Source of the DNA: Squalus acanthias
Lineage: Eukaryota
Direction: 5' to 3'
DNA length: 64,000 nt
Assembly: GCA_030390025.1 (NCBI GenBank)
Contig: CM059435.1
Coordinates: 17,546,001 to 17,610,000, forward strand
Below the pieces are notes generated by a model. The model saw only the letters and a list, made by a program, of their open reading frames with translations. It was not told where the DNA came from and did no database searches. This document shows, piece by piece, positions 1 to 12,562 of the stretch (position 1 is the stretch's first letter; each line of letters starts with the position of its first letter). Position numbers and translations under genes: made by a program.

Positions 1-57
1 CAGTACATTGGAGGATTGTGCCTCTGATCTCTACTTTACCTGCCATCTATTAGATCA

Positions 58-588
58 TGATGCGGAGATGCCGGTGTTGGACTGGGGTGGACAAAAATGA
101 GAAGTCGCACAACACCAGGTTATAGTCCAACAGATTTATTTGAAATCACAAGCTTTCAGAGCTGTTGCCCCTTCGTCAGGTGAAGTGAAGGAATACGAAT
201 CGGCAAAGCATATATAGACAGAGAACAATGCCTGTGTAGCGTACAATGTCAGACGACTACAGTTAATCTTTCTGACTGCCTTTTATCACACCTCGGCAGA
301 GAAACAATCAGGTCAGGAAGGCATTATATCAAAGACATAGCAAGATACAGCTAAGACAATGAGGTGGGGTCACAGGGGGTCTAATGTGTCAAATGCAGTC
401 TGTATGGAAAACCATAAACTTTAAAATTTTTACTTTTTTTTAACTGGAAATCACATCTGTGAACAAGCCAACGACGACTCGAGTCTGGATGACTCTACGT
501 CATGTAGCGTGACATGAACCCAAGATCCTGGTTGAGGCCGTCCTCATGGGTGCGGAACTTGGCTATCAGTTTCTGCTCGATGATTTTG
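58..588 (-). mobile_element. 5'-truncated Penelope-like element (family A), 3' end
   Basis: 11-bp TSD CTATTAGATCA at 47-57 and 589-599; minus strand 495-587 encodes KIIEQKLIAKFRTHEDGLNQDLGFMSRYMT*, typical of the PLE GIY-YIG C-terminus; same terminus as the element at 29801. Confidence 0.9.
146..183 (-). ncRNA. Minimal type I hammerhead ribozyme motif (PLE-associated)
   Basis: Minus strand reads TCAC-CTGACGA-A-GGGGC-AACA-GCTCT-GAAA-GC-TT-GTGA: conserved core, stem II and 4-bp stem I. Confidence 0.75.
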
Positions 589-794
589 CTATTAGATCAG
601 CATGGGTGCCACTTATGCTGTCTCACCTTGGACCTCAGAATCGGACCAAAGTGAGCCCCCAGCACCAACAGCACCAGCCACACCAGCAGAAGCAGCAGCA
701 ACCACACCAGCAGCCTTCTCACTGACCTGGTGCTCCACAGGAGAGAGGCGATCAGCACCGGGGTGCACCGCGCCAGAGGTGATACCCCCAGCAT

Positions 795-1280
795 ATGCAT
801 GTGTGCGCCAGATTCCCTGGCAGCTGTCATAACTCCTTAATGCTAAGCCAGTCCACCCTCCCTCAGCTCTTCGCACTTCCAAACAGACTTAACCAGCTGG
901 CTGCTTGGAGACCAGGGCTATCCACTGAAGACGTGGCTCATGACACCAGTGAGGAAGCCAAGCAGTGAGGCCAAGGAGCGCTATAATGACTGCCACATGT
1001 CCACCAGATGTGTCATAGAGCAAGCAATCGACATGATGAAGATGCGCTTCAGACGCCTTGGCCGATCTGGAGGAGCCCTTCAGTACGCACCGGCCAGGGT
1101 CTCCAGAATCATCACCTGCGCTGCATAACCTAGCGCAGCAGCGAGGATTGGAGCTGCAAGAGGCGAAAGGTGCTCTTCGGAGGAGGAACCGGTGGAAGAT
1201 GACGACCAACCCGAGGTGGAGATGGCACCAGCAGCAGCGCACATTGCTGCCCAGGATGGCCTCACTATGGCCCAATTTAC
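795..1280 (+). pseudogene. Harbinger (HARBI1-like) DDE transposase, C-terminal fragment with frameshifts
   Basis: [10 protein letters not shown]...[21 protein letters not shown]...[26 protein letters not shown] motifs. Confidence 0.9.
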
Positions 1281-1619
1281 TTAACTTGCACCAGTGCACC
1301 CATGTGGCTCCCAGATGCTGTACCAACTTCTGCCCCCCTGCCCCCAGCAACAACACAAAGCGGTCCTGACCAAGCCATTCCTGTCGCCCAAACCCCCATT
1401 GCTCGAGGTTAAGTAATGTCTCACCATTCACTCCAAGTGACAAAGCCACTTCCCAGGTAGCCGGCAAAAATGGACAAGACAGGAAAGTGGTGCAAAGAAA
1501 TAAATTTGTGTGGGTCATAAATAGAACTGAAACTTAACACTAACATTTTGGCAAACACCCTTGTGCATCTACAATGATGTATTTTTTCTTTTCTGCGTGC
1601 TTCTATGAGGTGCAACCCC

Positions 1620-2911
1620 TGTAGGGGGTGGTGTGTGGGGGTCAGCCTCACCTCTGACTCAGTGAGCGGTTCGAATCGCTCCCACGCCCCTGGTTCTAGA
1701 CCTTGGACTTATTTAGGGGTTGTGAATAAAGATGCAGTAGACAACAGGTTCTGATGAAATAATTTTGACTTTATTAAAAGAAAAAGGTAACAAACTTAAA
1801 ACACTCTTAATGCTTAAACACAGGTTGGGGAACACGCGGTACAGGCGAGGGAAATAACCTTAGAAGAATACTTCACCCCTCCCAATCCCACTTCACTAGG
1901 TAGGTTGGACTCTGGAGAACCAGGGACAATGCTCACCAAATGAATCCTTGACAGTTGAGAGTTAGGGTTTAGACTCTTTTGAGTAAAAGGTTTCGTAAGG
2001 CCCTTGTTGCCGCGAGGTGTCCGATGGTCACTGAGGCAGTCGCTCTGGTTTCTTCGTGCGTGTCGGTCTGCTTCTGAAGTTGTTGGCCTTCTTTGTTGAA
2101 CTTCTTGCTGTAACTCTGCCTCTGTTTAAACTGTCTTCTTCCGAGCTGTGGAACTGCCTTCTTGCAGAACTGTGGAAACTGCCTTCTGCCTGCTCGTCCT
2201 GAACTCTGTAACTCCAGCACTGACTTCTTGCTGAAAACAGGCTTTTCGATTGAACTGCAGAACTGCCTTCTGTTGAACTTGAACTGTTGTAACTGTTTGA
2301 TGGGCCTTCAATTATACTAAATTGAAGTGGCCTTGTCAAAACCAAATCAAATGCTGGTCATTGTAAGACCTCGTTAACAGTAACGACTTTACTAGCATGT
2401 TAACTGGTTTTGTAAATGTGTGAAGTGGATTCAAGATAGCTCCATCCTGTCGATCTGTTGTTTAATCGGAGTTTGCATTGTCCTCATGTTTTGGGTTTCT
2501 TGCTGGGCCTAGGACTCCTATCTTTATGCATGTCTTTAATGGGTTCTGTAAGTGTCAAATGGGGGGGGGTTTTTGGGATGGTTTGCATCCTGTCGATCTT
2601 CTTGGCTGATTGGTTTTTGATGGGATGAGACTGTCTTCTCCTAGGGTCTATTGTCAAAATGTTAATGCTTGCTGGGGCTTGAATGAGGTCATCCCGATTC
2701 CCCAGACAATGCAATTTAACTGCAATACCCAAAACTGCTTTTGCAGCCTTTTCTCCCTTACAGGTCCAGACATGTCTTTTAAAATGCCAAAACTTGGTTT
2801 TTGGTCTTAAATTCCTTATGTTAGGCCCAAATGCATTTTTATCACTTTGGGGTAGTTCCAAAGTCCTTTTCCCTTAGGTTTTGGGGATCTGCAAATTTTG
2901 GAAACCTTACA
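1620..2911 (-). mobile_element. Solo LTR (about 1.29 kb), probably Gypsy-type
   Basis: TGT...ACA termini (TGTAGG/CCTTACA) with 4-bp TSD CCCC at 1616-1619 and 2912-2915; removing it restores TGCAACCCC-TGTGGCTTCAGCAGAGGTAG, matching the uninterrupted Harbinger copy near 31411; orientation is tentative. Confidence 0.8.
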
Positions 2912-2919
2912 CCCCTGTG

Positions 2920-4717
2920 GCTTCAGCAGAGGTAGAGGCAGGCTGCTCACTCCCCTGCAGCGACTGCTTTGACACTTTTGGCAGACGTCCTCTGGTTTTG
3001 GTACCTGTGATGGCCCCGCCAAAGACTGCTTCTCCTGCAACTGTGCAGGGACCGACTCGGCCATCGGGATCCGAGGCAGCATGTGGGGCTCTGACTGAGG
3101 GGGAGGCAATGGGGGAGAAGTGGGAGTGCTTTGAGCAGAGCCCCCACTTCCATGTCCCCTCTCTCCATCGTCTCTCTCATGGGCCACCCGCACTTCCCTG
3201 CGAGCAAGGAGCTGGAGAGCACCTTGCTGCACATCAGTGGGGCAATGAACGCCCAAGTCTATGTTAGTATCCCTCCTCGAGGTCAGTGAAGAGTCTGCAG
3301 TCTGTTGTTCACAACAAACATGTTCTCGTTCGACTGGCGCTTTTGCAGCTCCATGCAGATGGCCATCCTTTCCATGGAACAGCACATCGTCGCCATCGCC
3401 TGTGACACAGTGGTGCTCATGTTGGAGATGGACTCCTCCATTCTCTGTACAGTTGCTGCAAAAGCTGCCAGAGCCTCGTGCATCTGTTGCTGCTCCTCCA
3501 AGGTTGTCCTCTTTCTCGATGGCCCCCGAGGCTCAGCAATTGCATGCAGCTGAGCAGAGCTGGGAGTATCCTGCGCCCTCTAGCGAGGACTCTCCACTGC
3601 TGTCCCTGTCTCCACATCTGCTCCTTTTCACTTGTGATGTGTGAGACACCAAGTGACAGCACTACTCTGTCTCGCTGAGGTACGCATATCTGCGCTGGTG
3701 CTGGGTGTGCATGGTTCTGGTGACGGTGCACCCTCAGAGAGTGGAGCTTCCTCTGCGGAATCGTCTTCCTCCTCTAGCTGGACAGTGTTGGGTTGGGGGT
3801 GGGGGGGAGGGCACTTGATGGACCTGTGGGAGAGTAAAGAGCTGAATTAGAAGTCTTATGATAAGAATGTGTAACATTACCATTATGCACATGATGACAT
3901 TTCACTGGCTGCTGACATCAAGTCACCATGAGTGACTGTTATATGATAAATAATTCTGTCACCAGTTTGCTGGGAGGTCCCCCTCTCTCCGTCTCCCACC
4001 GCCAGCAGCTCTACAACTCCAGAGACTTGCAGCGCCTCCTCCTCTGCTGCAGTCAAGTTTGTGAACATTGGAGGGCCACCTCTGGTTCGTTGCCTCTCCC
4101 TGTTGTTCTGGGCTCTCTTCTCCTTCAAGGAGGGAAAGAAGAGAACTTTGAGTGAGAGTGCTGGAATGAGTGTAAGGGATGGATGGGCTACATCTGTAGA
4201 GGGTGACTCTGAGGGAGTGGCATGACATTGCAAAATGGCCTCCGACTGTGGCGTTACTTCCTATGATTGCATGAGGGTGAGAGTCAGTGGTGGTTAGTCA
4301 GATGGGGATGTGAATAGGTGCATAGAGAGTGCGTGATGGGTACACCTTGCAAGGTAGGTCGGTGTGAGGATTGACATGCAGGAGTAGGCTTGGGAAGGCA
4401 GAGTGATGGGGTTGGGTGACACGCACATCAGGATGTAGTTGAATGTGGCATTGCACTCACCTTTCCAGACCTCATGAGATCATTGAATCTTTTCCGGCAC
4501 TGGATCCAGGACGGCCTCACTACATCCCTGCTGCTGACCTCCTCCGCGATCTCCAACCATGCCCTCTTGGTGTCTCTGGCAGCTCTTTTGCACCCATCCC
4601 CAGGGAACAGGACCTCCCTGCATGCTCCGACTCCCTGGACCAGGACTTCCAGGAGGCATCAGTGAATCTGGGCACGGCCTTCTGTCGGTGTGACTCCGTG
4701 TCTGCTTGGACCCACAC
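2920..4717 (-). pseudogene. Harbinger Myb/SANT-like DNA-binding protein gene, 3 exons (about 4717-4461, 4122-3963, 3823-2920), frameshifted
   Basis: PRFTDAS...WLEIAEEVSS...WIQCRKRFNDL; exon 2 EKRAQNNRERQRTRGGPP; GT/AG splice sites visible; coiled-coil-like exon 3. Confidence 0.8.
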
Positions 4718-5190
4718 AAATCTCTGCGATTCTCAAGCAATTTCCACCTCTTCCAACCACCTTTATGTCTCCTCCAACAACCTTCAACTGGGATGTGTGC
4801 AAGGCTCCTTTTAAATAGACGAGCTTAAAACGAGTCACCGGTGATGTCAGCAGACCCGCTCCATTTAATTGGGCCGGGAAACCCGCACGACTGTTTCAAT
4901 TGATGTCATTAAGTTGAACACGCAGTGCCGAACGTTCTGTTTAAAAACTTCGGGATGGCAATCCGCTACGCGGCCCGTACACACCCACCCCAACTCGCAG
5001 GTAAATTTCCGGCCTATTTTTCAGTTTTCTTACTCCATGTTGGCATCAAACACTCCGACTAAACTGCTTTTGCTGGGCAGTCGGGCTCAGTTTGAGTTTT
5101 TTAGTCTAACTGTTCGCTACTCATCATGGAGAATGGACCACAGGGCAAGTAGGTGATATTGTCGGCTGGCCATTCACTATCTGAACAATA

Positions 5191-5886
5191 GTCATTCGCC
5201 TGAGGAAGAGAGTGTTTGAAGACCAGAACCTCAGAACCAGCACTAAGCTCATGGTCTACAGAGCAGTAGTGATACCCGCCCTGCTGTATGCTTCAGAGAC
5301 ATGGACCATGTACAGCAGGCACCTCAAAGCACTGGAGAGGTACCACCAACGCTGCCTCCGCAAGATCCTGCAAATCCATTGGCAGGATAGGCGCACCAAC
5401 GTCAGTGTTCTTGCTCAGGCCAACATCCCCAGCATCGAAGCTTTGACCACGCTCGATCAGCTCCGATGGACGGGTCACATCGTCCGCATGCCCAATACGA
5501 GACTCCCAAAACAAGCGCTCTACTCGGAGCTCCGGCACGGCAAGAGAACCCCAGGTGAGCAGAGGAAACGCTTCAAGGACACCCTCAAAGCCTCCTTGGA
5601 AAAAGTGCAACATCCCCACTGACACCTGGGAATCCCTGGCCCAAGACCGCACAAAGTGGAGGAGAAGCATCCGGGAATGCGCCGAACACCTCGAGTTTCT
5701 TCCCCGGGAGCAAGCGCAAGGAGCGCACGTCAACCCAAGCACTCTGCCCACCCGCCCCTTCAACCACTGTCTGCCCCACCTGTGACAGAGACTGTAGGTC
5801 CCGCATTGGACTCATCAGTCATCTGAGAACTCATTTTTAATGTGGAAGCGAGTCATCCTTGGTTCCGAGGGACTGCCTAAGAAGAA
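5191..5886 (+). mobile_element. RTE-clade LINE, 5'-truncated
   Basis: TKLMVYRAVVIPALLYASETWT...QLRWTGHIVRMPNTRLPKQALYSEL; AAG-repeat tail; 12-bp TSD ATCTGAACAATA at 5179-5190 and 5887-5898. Confidence 0.92.
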
Positions 5887-6498
5887 ATCTGAACAATAAA
5901 TGCAGACCAATTTTACATGAGCACTTGGATCATATTGGAATAGATTGATGCCAAAAGGAGTTGAGAGAAAATTAATCACTTGATGCGAGATGTAATGAAG
6001 GACACTTTTTGATGATGTAAAGCTGCATTAGACAAGGGGATTAGAAATTGTTGTAGAAACACTGTGACGTGAGAGCACTAGAAAACCTGGGAGTGTGGGC
6101 AATTTACGATTTAAAATATATGTAATGAACAATGGATCCAAAGAATTGCAAGTCCCATGGCTACATTTCAGTAAACAAGATCATTTAGAGGTTGCCTACG
6201 TGAGTTTAAGTTACAGCAGAGGGGCTCAAATCACAGAAGGTTTGCTTCCGAGGAAAAAATTCCAATAGGGTGGTTCCTGTCTGCATGCATCTGAAGAGGT
6301 TTGTCTGGAATTGTTTGAGTTATGAGTAGTGTTGCAACTTTAATGGAGAGTGCTTTTTTCCATTGTAAGACAACTGGGAACATAGGGTCAAATGAGTCAA
6401 GATTTAGAAATGAAACAAATGGCATTGAAAAAGCATTCAATTGCAGAAACTACTACTTTCTCTATATTCAGTTGATTTTTTACTTTGCAAAATCTCCA

Positions 6499-8201
6499 GG
6501 GGAAAAATTCGGTTGGTTTGCGCCCCGGGGAAATGTGTCCGAACCAGCAACAATGGCAGCAGTCTGTGCTTGCGTGGCCTCAATCTGAGACTGCATGAGA
6601 CCAGTCTGAGATTGGATCACGGCAGCCTTGACTGAATTGCAGCACTAAGCATTTGCGTGGCATCCGCCTGTGCTACAGCGTAGTGCTCCACACTCCTTGC
6701 CAGTGTATCAATGGTTTCGGGTACCCTTCCCATTGCACCCATGAGCTGAGTGTGCATGTCCACCGCCTGGGTGTTCATTTCAGTGATGAGCCACTCCTCC
6801 TCTACGTCCAGTGCAACAGGACTCGCTGGCCTACTCTCCCTCCGGGGAGAAGGCCCCCGAGCTTCCCTATCCCCATCACGATGCTGCAGCCCGCTGGGTC
6901 CCGGAGCTTCACCCTCTTCAGACCCTTCCCCCCTGCTCCCCTCCAGGGAAGACGTGGTCCCAGTGTGGGCATGGGCTTCCTCGGGAGAGGGTGGCGCTGA
7001 TGCTCCGGCTTCCTCTTCCTCCTCGCCTGCGGCTTCGCTCCCACTGGCAGCTTGAGGGCCTGTCTCCTCAGCTGGTGAATCACCATCTGAAAGCAGGGAG
7101 GTACAAGAGTGGCTTTAGCGTGAGGACAGGGGGGCAGTAAGGGAGGAAGGAGTGGAGCGATTTAATAGTTGGATTGAAAGTGTCAAAGGCTGGTGTTGTG
7201 AGGGACAAGTGGAATGAGAGAGGAGAGAAAGCTGATGACCTTACCATTGCTGTCCTGAACAGGGTCGACCTCTCCAGGGGTGATGGGACCGATCACCTGG
7301 CTTGCCACAATCCTGTGGACACGGTCCTCAAGATCGCTGAGGGGTTGCAGCTGAGGCCGCCCTCCACCCGTCAGTTGCTGCTGTCTCCTGTTATGAGATA
7401 GCTTGGCCTGCAAGAAAAAGGACGGCGTCTGAATAAATATACATCCATGGTCTTGCCTGATGTGTCTCCCATAGTTGAATAGCACTTACTGTATGCGTGT
7501 GCGTGTGTGTTTCATGAGAGGGCCATAGGTGTTGGATGAGTGTTGGGTATTGGGGTTTTAAGACCCTCTGGCCATAGAATGAGGTTGAAATGGAGGGATG
7601 GAGAGGTTTTGAAAAAAAGCCACTCGCCCTGACGACCCGAGTGAGGTCGTTGAACTTTTTGCGACATTGAGTATCCTGGGCACCATGCTCCTGGAGGAGA
7701 TGTGCTGAGCCACCTCCCTCCACACTCTTCTGTACTCGCGTGGCAAAGGCCTCCTGCCACTCTAGGGTAGAGTATAGATCTTCTGTGCTCCACCGCGCCA
7801 ATCAGAGCCTCCAAGGCCCGTTCACTGAAGTGCTGAGCTCGTTCTCTCACCCTCTCCATGGTCCTTGGCTGGAAAATGTAGGCACAGGTCTCTCCAGGCC
7901 GAGATTCAAGGCTCCAATGAGCAGGGTGTGGCTGGAGAGCAAGATCGACCCTCCCCTTTAAGAACTGGCTGGCGCCAGTGTGTCTGTGTTCCATCGCTAA
8001 CTGACATCACCTGTGCTGCGCCCGCGCTCTGAGTTAGCGCCTAGCTCCTCGGCCTTTGCACCTTAAGACAGCTGTGCAACGCCTGATTTAGCGCTCCAAT
8101 CACCTCCAGGGGCGATAAAAGCCAAGTTTGCAGTCGGAGGCTAAACTTTGCATCCGGCTGATAATTGCGCCCCAAACGGGGCGATACCGAATTTCTCCCC
8201 C
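6499..8201 (-). mobile_element. Internally deleted Harbinger element retaining the Myb/SANT gene remnant
   Basis: TIRs GGGGAAAAATTCGG / CCGAATTTCTCCCC; minus strand MERVRERAQHFSERALEALIGAVEHRR...QCRKKFNDLTRVVR; same family as 41945-44485. Confidence 0.85.
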
Positions 8202-8708
8202 TTCCCCCCCCCCCCCACCCTTCCCCAAGCTTTTTAATGTGTATTTTCTATGGAATTGCAACACTTCTTACTAAACCTCATACAAAAAGCACTTTTTATA
8301 TAATGTACCTGCAGAGTTTTCATTGTGTTCTTCCAAGACAATAGATGCACTGGAATTATTATTTAGTGCAGAGTGGCACTCACAAGCTCAAATGTTAATG
8401 TAAAAAGTGTACATATTAGACAGCATTAAACTGGGATTGGAATTGCATTCTGTCTGATGTTTTCTTCTCTTCAGAGGGTTCAGTCATGTGGCTTTGAAAA
8501 AGTTTTGCTGCTCGAAAGCATTTTCTCACTTGGCAGAGCAGTGCAAGTATTTCCATCTGACGCGGACAGAAGAAAAACAACTGAATGTGGACCATGTGGT
8601 AGCACTGGGTATAGACAGCAGAAGAGAACATCAAAATCTCAATTTCTTCTGAAGGATTTACAGATTTATTTAGAGTTGAGGGAAATAGCAAACAAGGAAG
8701 TAAGAGGT

Positions 8709-8980
8709 AAAAACAGAAAATGCTGGCAATGCTCAGCAGGTCAGGAAGACCTTTTGTCATTTAATCTCTCCTACCTTCCACCCTTTTGTTCTTTCCTCCC
8801 CTCCCCCCTTTCCCCTGCCTCCATACTTGCTTAAAACCTGCTATATCTCTAACTTTTTCCAGTTCTGAAGACCTTTCAGAACTCTGTTCCTCTCTCCACA
8901 GATGCTGCCTGACCTGATGAGTATTTCCAGCATTTTCTGGTTTTATTTCAGACGCCCAGCAGCTGCAATATTTTGATTTT
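8709..8980. mobile_element. Penelope-like family B remnant with inverted terminal segments
   Basis: AAAACAGAAAATGCTGG...CAGGTCAGG at 8709-8745 is inverted at about 8908-8945; homologous to 10045-10176 and 40848-40994. Confidence 0.65.
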
Positions 8981-9452
8981 GTAAGTAAGTAGAGGTAATC
9001 ATCTACCTTTTGGTTTATATTTAGTATAATATAGTATATAGGCTTTTTGAAAGTAACATCCCTGTTTTAATGCAAACCATATATTGGTGCTTTGCAGCAA
9101 CAGAATCCTATTCCTAACTGTTTCACAAATTGATCTTTTCGTCATTGAATTTTCCAAATTAGAATTCTTCACTTCCATTCCTGCTAGTAACATTGCAGAG
9201 TGTGCGTGTGTGTTTTACATATTTCAAGTTAACACCAGTGTTAAAGCAGTTAGGCAGAATGTGTTGTTTGGTGTGCCTGATGCAGTATTTTGGAGAATTG
9301 AACATTTTCAAATTTACTTATCTAATTATTAACCAGCTGAAAAAGATTCTGCAAAGTTGAATATTAATTACAAAACAAATCTGTAGAGTTTCTGAGAACT
9401 CTTACAAATTATGTATTTTGGTGCAGAAATGCTGTTGCTGCTCTCCAGGTGT

Positions 9453-10240
9453 TAGGAACATCGGAATTGCTAGACGAAAAAAGACCGAGGTCCATCTAGA
9501 TCGCCTTCTACCATCCTGGTAGTCATATGTTGCAATGATAATGGAGTTTTTGACTAATCGTGGCAATCAGTCTCTATCAATTAATCTACAACAGACCCAA
9601 ACATGAGGTGAGGAAACCCACAGTGGCGGGAAGTGTTAGGAACCATAGGTCCAAAGTCACCTGTTCCCTCTCGAGCATGCTACACTTGTATATCACTTCT
9701 CAAATTGCACAGATACTGTATCCCAAAATATTTTTTTGAAAAAAATCCTTCTAATTTGCATTTGAATGTATCAATACAATTTGCTCCCACCATCTCCCTA
9801 GGGAGCCTGTTACATAGATTTACCACTCATTCCCTGAAATAATACTTTTGCAGATTAGAAATTAACCCCCCTTCAACCACAGGCTGTGTCCTCTGGTTCT
9901 ACTGTTCAGGACAAGGTGAAACAGCTTGTCATGGTCTACATTTATCTGGTCCCTTAAAATCCTAAAAAAAAGCATGTAACAAAACTTAACCTGCTCTGTT
10001 CCAGTGAGAACATGCACAATTTACATAAATGCTCATCATAATCCTGTTCTGACGAAAGGTCTTCGACCTGAAACGTTAACTCTGTTTCTCTCTCCACGGA
10101 TGCTGCCTGGCCTGCTGAGTTTTTTCAGCGTTTTCTGTTGTTATTTCGGATTTCCAGCATCCGCAGTATTTTGCTATCATCATAATCCAATCCTGGCATC
10201 TCCTCGAGTTGAACGTCAAAAACGAGATAGTGAATTATTT
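9453..10240 (-). mobile_element. Older CR1-type LINE 3' fragment, interrupted by a short Penelope-like insert
   Basis: CR1-like 3' UTR and ORF2 C-terminal sequence on the minus strand; diverged. Confidence 0.55.
10045..10176 (+). mobile_element. Short Penelope-like family B insertion carrying a hammerhead motif
   Basis: 12-bp TSD TCATCATAATCC at 10033-10044 and 10177-10188; GTT-CTGACGA-A-AGGTC-TTC-GACCT-GAAA-CG-TT-AAC at 10046-10080. Confidence 0.8.
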
Positions 10241-10616
10241 TAAAGGGGCACATCATTTTTTGCAGAAGTGTTTAGGAAACCTTTTTGTCTTTGCTAAATG
10301 CAAAATGTGTTGATAAATCATGATTTAAAAACATTATTATGGCAGCCAGTCTTTCAAGCCACACGAAAGCCCAGGTTGGAAACTCGACATGATCCTGCGA
10401 AAGCAGCAACGGTTTGCCAAACAAGTGTACTTGTCGATGGCCCCTGGAGCCTGACTATATCTAAAATGAGTATATTTATCCACAGCAATCAGTTAATTTA
10501 GTGGGGAATTAAGGACTAATTTTCAATCCGCTTGCTATCCTTGATTTCCATTGTTACTGTTTAGCCACCTTCATACTTTTCAATGGGTGACATTTTTCCG
10601 GAAGTAAGTAATACTT

Positions 10617-11450
10617 ACATGGCAGATGTAGTATAACGTGGATAAATGTGAAGTTATCCACTCCGGTAGGAAAAACAGAAAGGCAGAGTATTATTTAAAT
10701 GGTGATAGATTGGGAAATGTTGATGTACAGAGGGACTTGGGTCTCCTTGTATACCAGTCACTGAAAGCAAACATGCAGGTGCAGCAAGCAGTTAGGAAGG
10801 CAAATGGTACGTTGGCCTTCATTGCAAGAGCATTTGAGTACAGGAGCAGGGATGTCTTACTACAGTTATACAGGGCCTTGGTGAGACCACACCTGGAGTA
10901 ATGTGTGCAGTTTTGGTCTCCTTACCTAAGAAAGGATATACTTGCCATAGAGGGAGTGCAGCGAAGGTTCACCAGACTGATTCCTGGGATGGCAGGACTG
11001 TCGTATGCAGAGAGATTGGGTCGACTAGGCCTATATTCACTAGAGTTTAGAAGAATGAGAGGGGATCTCATTGAAACGTATAAAATTCTGACAGGGTTAG
11101 ACAGACTGGATGCAGGGAGGATGTTTCTCCTGGCTGGGGGCTCTAGAACGAGGGATCACAGTCTCCGGATACGGGGTAGGACATTTAGGACTGAGATGAG
11201 GAGAAATTTCTTCACTCAGAGGGTGGTGAACCTGTGGAATTCTCTACCACAGAAGGTTGTAGAGGCCAAGTCACTGAATATATTTAAGAAGGAGATAGAT
11301 GGATTTCTAGACACAAAAGGCATCAAGGGGTATGGGGAGAGAGCGGGAATATGGTATTGAGAGAGAGGATCAGCCATGATCATATTGAATGGCGGAGCAG
11401 GCTCGAATGGCCTACTCCTGCTCCAATTTTTGTATGTTCTATGTTTCTAT
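10617..11450 (+). mobile_element. CR1 LINE, 3' part
   Basis: KCEVIH.GRKN...QRDLG...LYRALVRPHLE, LEFRRMRGDLIETYKIL, FFTQRVVNLWNSLP; TATGTTTC-type tail. Confidence 0.95.
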
Positions 11451-12019
11451 ACATTTTGCACATTAATTGCTTCTGGAGATGGTAATAGTGTTCATGCTGT
11501 GAACTAACTGGGGTAGTAATTTCCATTGGGCCTTGGATATGCTTCCATGCTACTGTGTTATTTGTTAGGCTTCATTGTGCATTTTTTTTTTAAATACGTG
11601 GAGTACTTGAAATGATAAAGTGCTTCCTCCACTAATAGTGAACATTAGATATTTATTTGGTAGGTTTTGAGCAGATGGCAGTTGTATGTTCAAGTGCTAA
11701 TGTGAAGACGCACACACTAGTTTCATGGTGGGCTCCAAGAGTGTGGTAAAGTTGTTGCGTGAGGATATACCCTGCATGAGATTCCGGTTCCCAGTGATAA
11801 TCCTAATGGCATTTTGCAGGTGTATCCATAGTCTTCCCGAACAGGGATGACAGCTGGTAGAGAAATCACAGCCAATCAAAATCTATTTGGCAGTTGAGTT
11901 TTTTAAAGTTGAATTTCAAGCAGCTTTTTAAAAAAAAAATTAAGTTCTCTGAGTAGCTCCGTTTTAGTTGCTTTTGCAATTAATTTTCCATTATGTATGA
12001 CAGAAAAGTGCTGCTACTG

Positions 12020-12145
12020 AGAAAAATGTCATGATTTCCTTTCCATTTCCATGTAGGAATGTAGATAGAAAAACAATTTCCGTTGCATTTCCATGAAGGG
12101 TTTTGAATAGAAAAACCATTTCCTTTGCATTTCCACGCAGGGAAG
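12020..12145. repeat. Degenerate tandem repeat, 3 copies of about 40 bp
   Basis: Recurring AAAA..ATTTCC.TT.CATTTCCA.G.AGG core. Confidence 0.6.
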
Positions 12146-12562
12146 TATTAGCGAGGAAAACTAGCATGGACAAACAATAAAATAGGAAAAATTTATGGCT
12201 CAGATTTGGAATTTCAAGTTGTTATTTTGGCACAAATAGTATGTGGAACGAATAATTTCCAGAGCTCATAATCGTTTTAGATTTTTGGTGACAAAGTTAT
12301 CAATTCATAATTGAGCACAGATGATGTATAGTTCTAAATAAAAATTGTGAACCTGTCTTGCTGAATGGGACTTTCCTCAGTCACTTTGTCAGTTGCAAAA
12401 TATGTGGGGGTTTTTAATACAGCGTCTCCACCCTATCACAAAATTTAAAACTTTCCACGAAAACTGCTCAAATGGAGCTGAAGTAACTATCCTTTGAATA
12501 TATATTTTAACTGTTTGCTCTAATTTTTTCCGAGGAGTTACAATTTGGGGCATTTTAGGACA

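Larger units (their letters stand above)
1..5014. mobile_element. Decayed PIF/Harbinger DNA transposon (transposase +, Myb/SANT gene -, convergent); left end outside the window; carries nested Penelope and solo LTR insertions
   Basis: HARBI1-like peptide at 795-1280 (+) and Myb/SANT exons at 2920-4717 (-); TIR-like end AAATTTCCGGCC at 5003-5014; collinear with the copy at 29529-33450. Confidence 0.85.
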
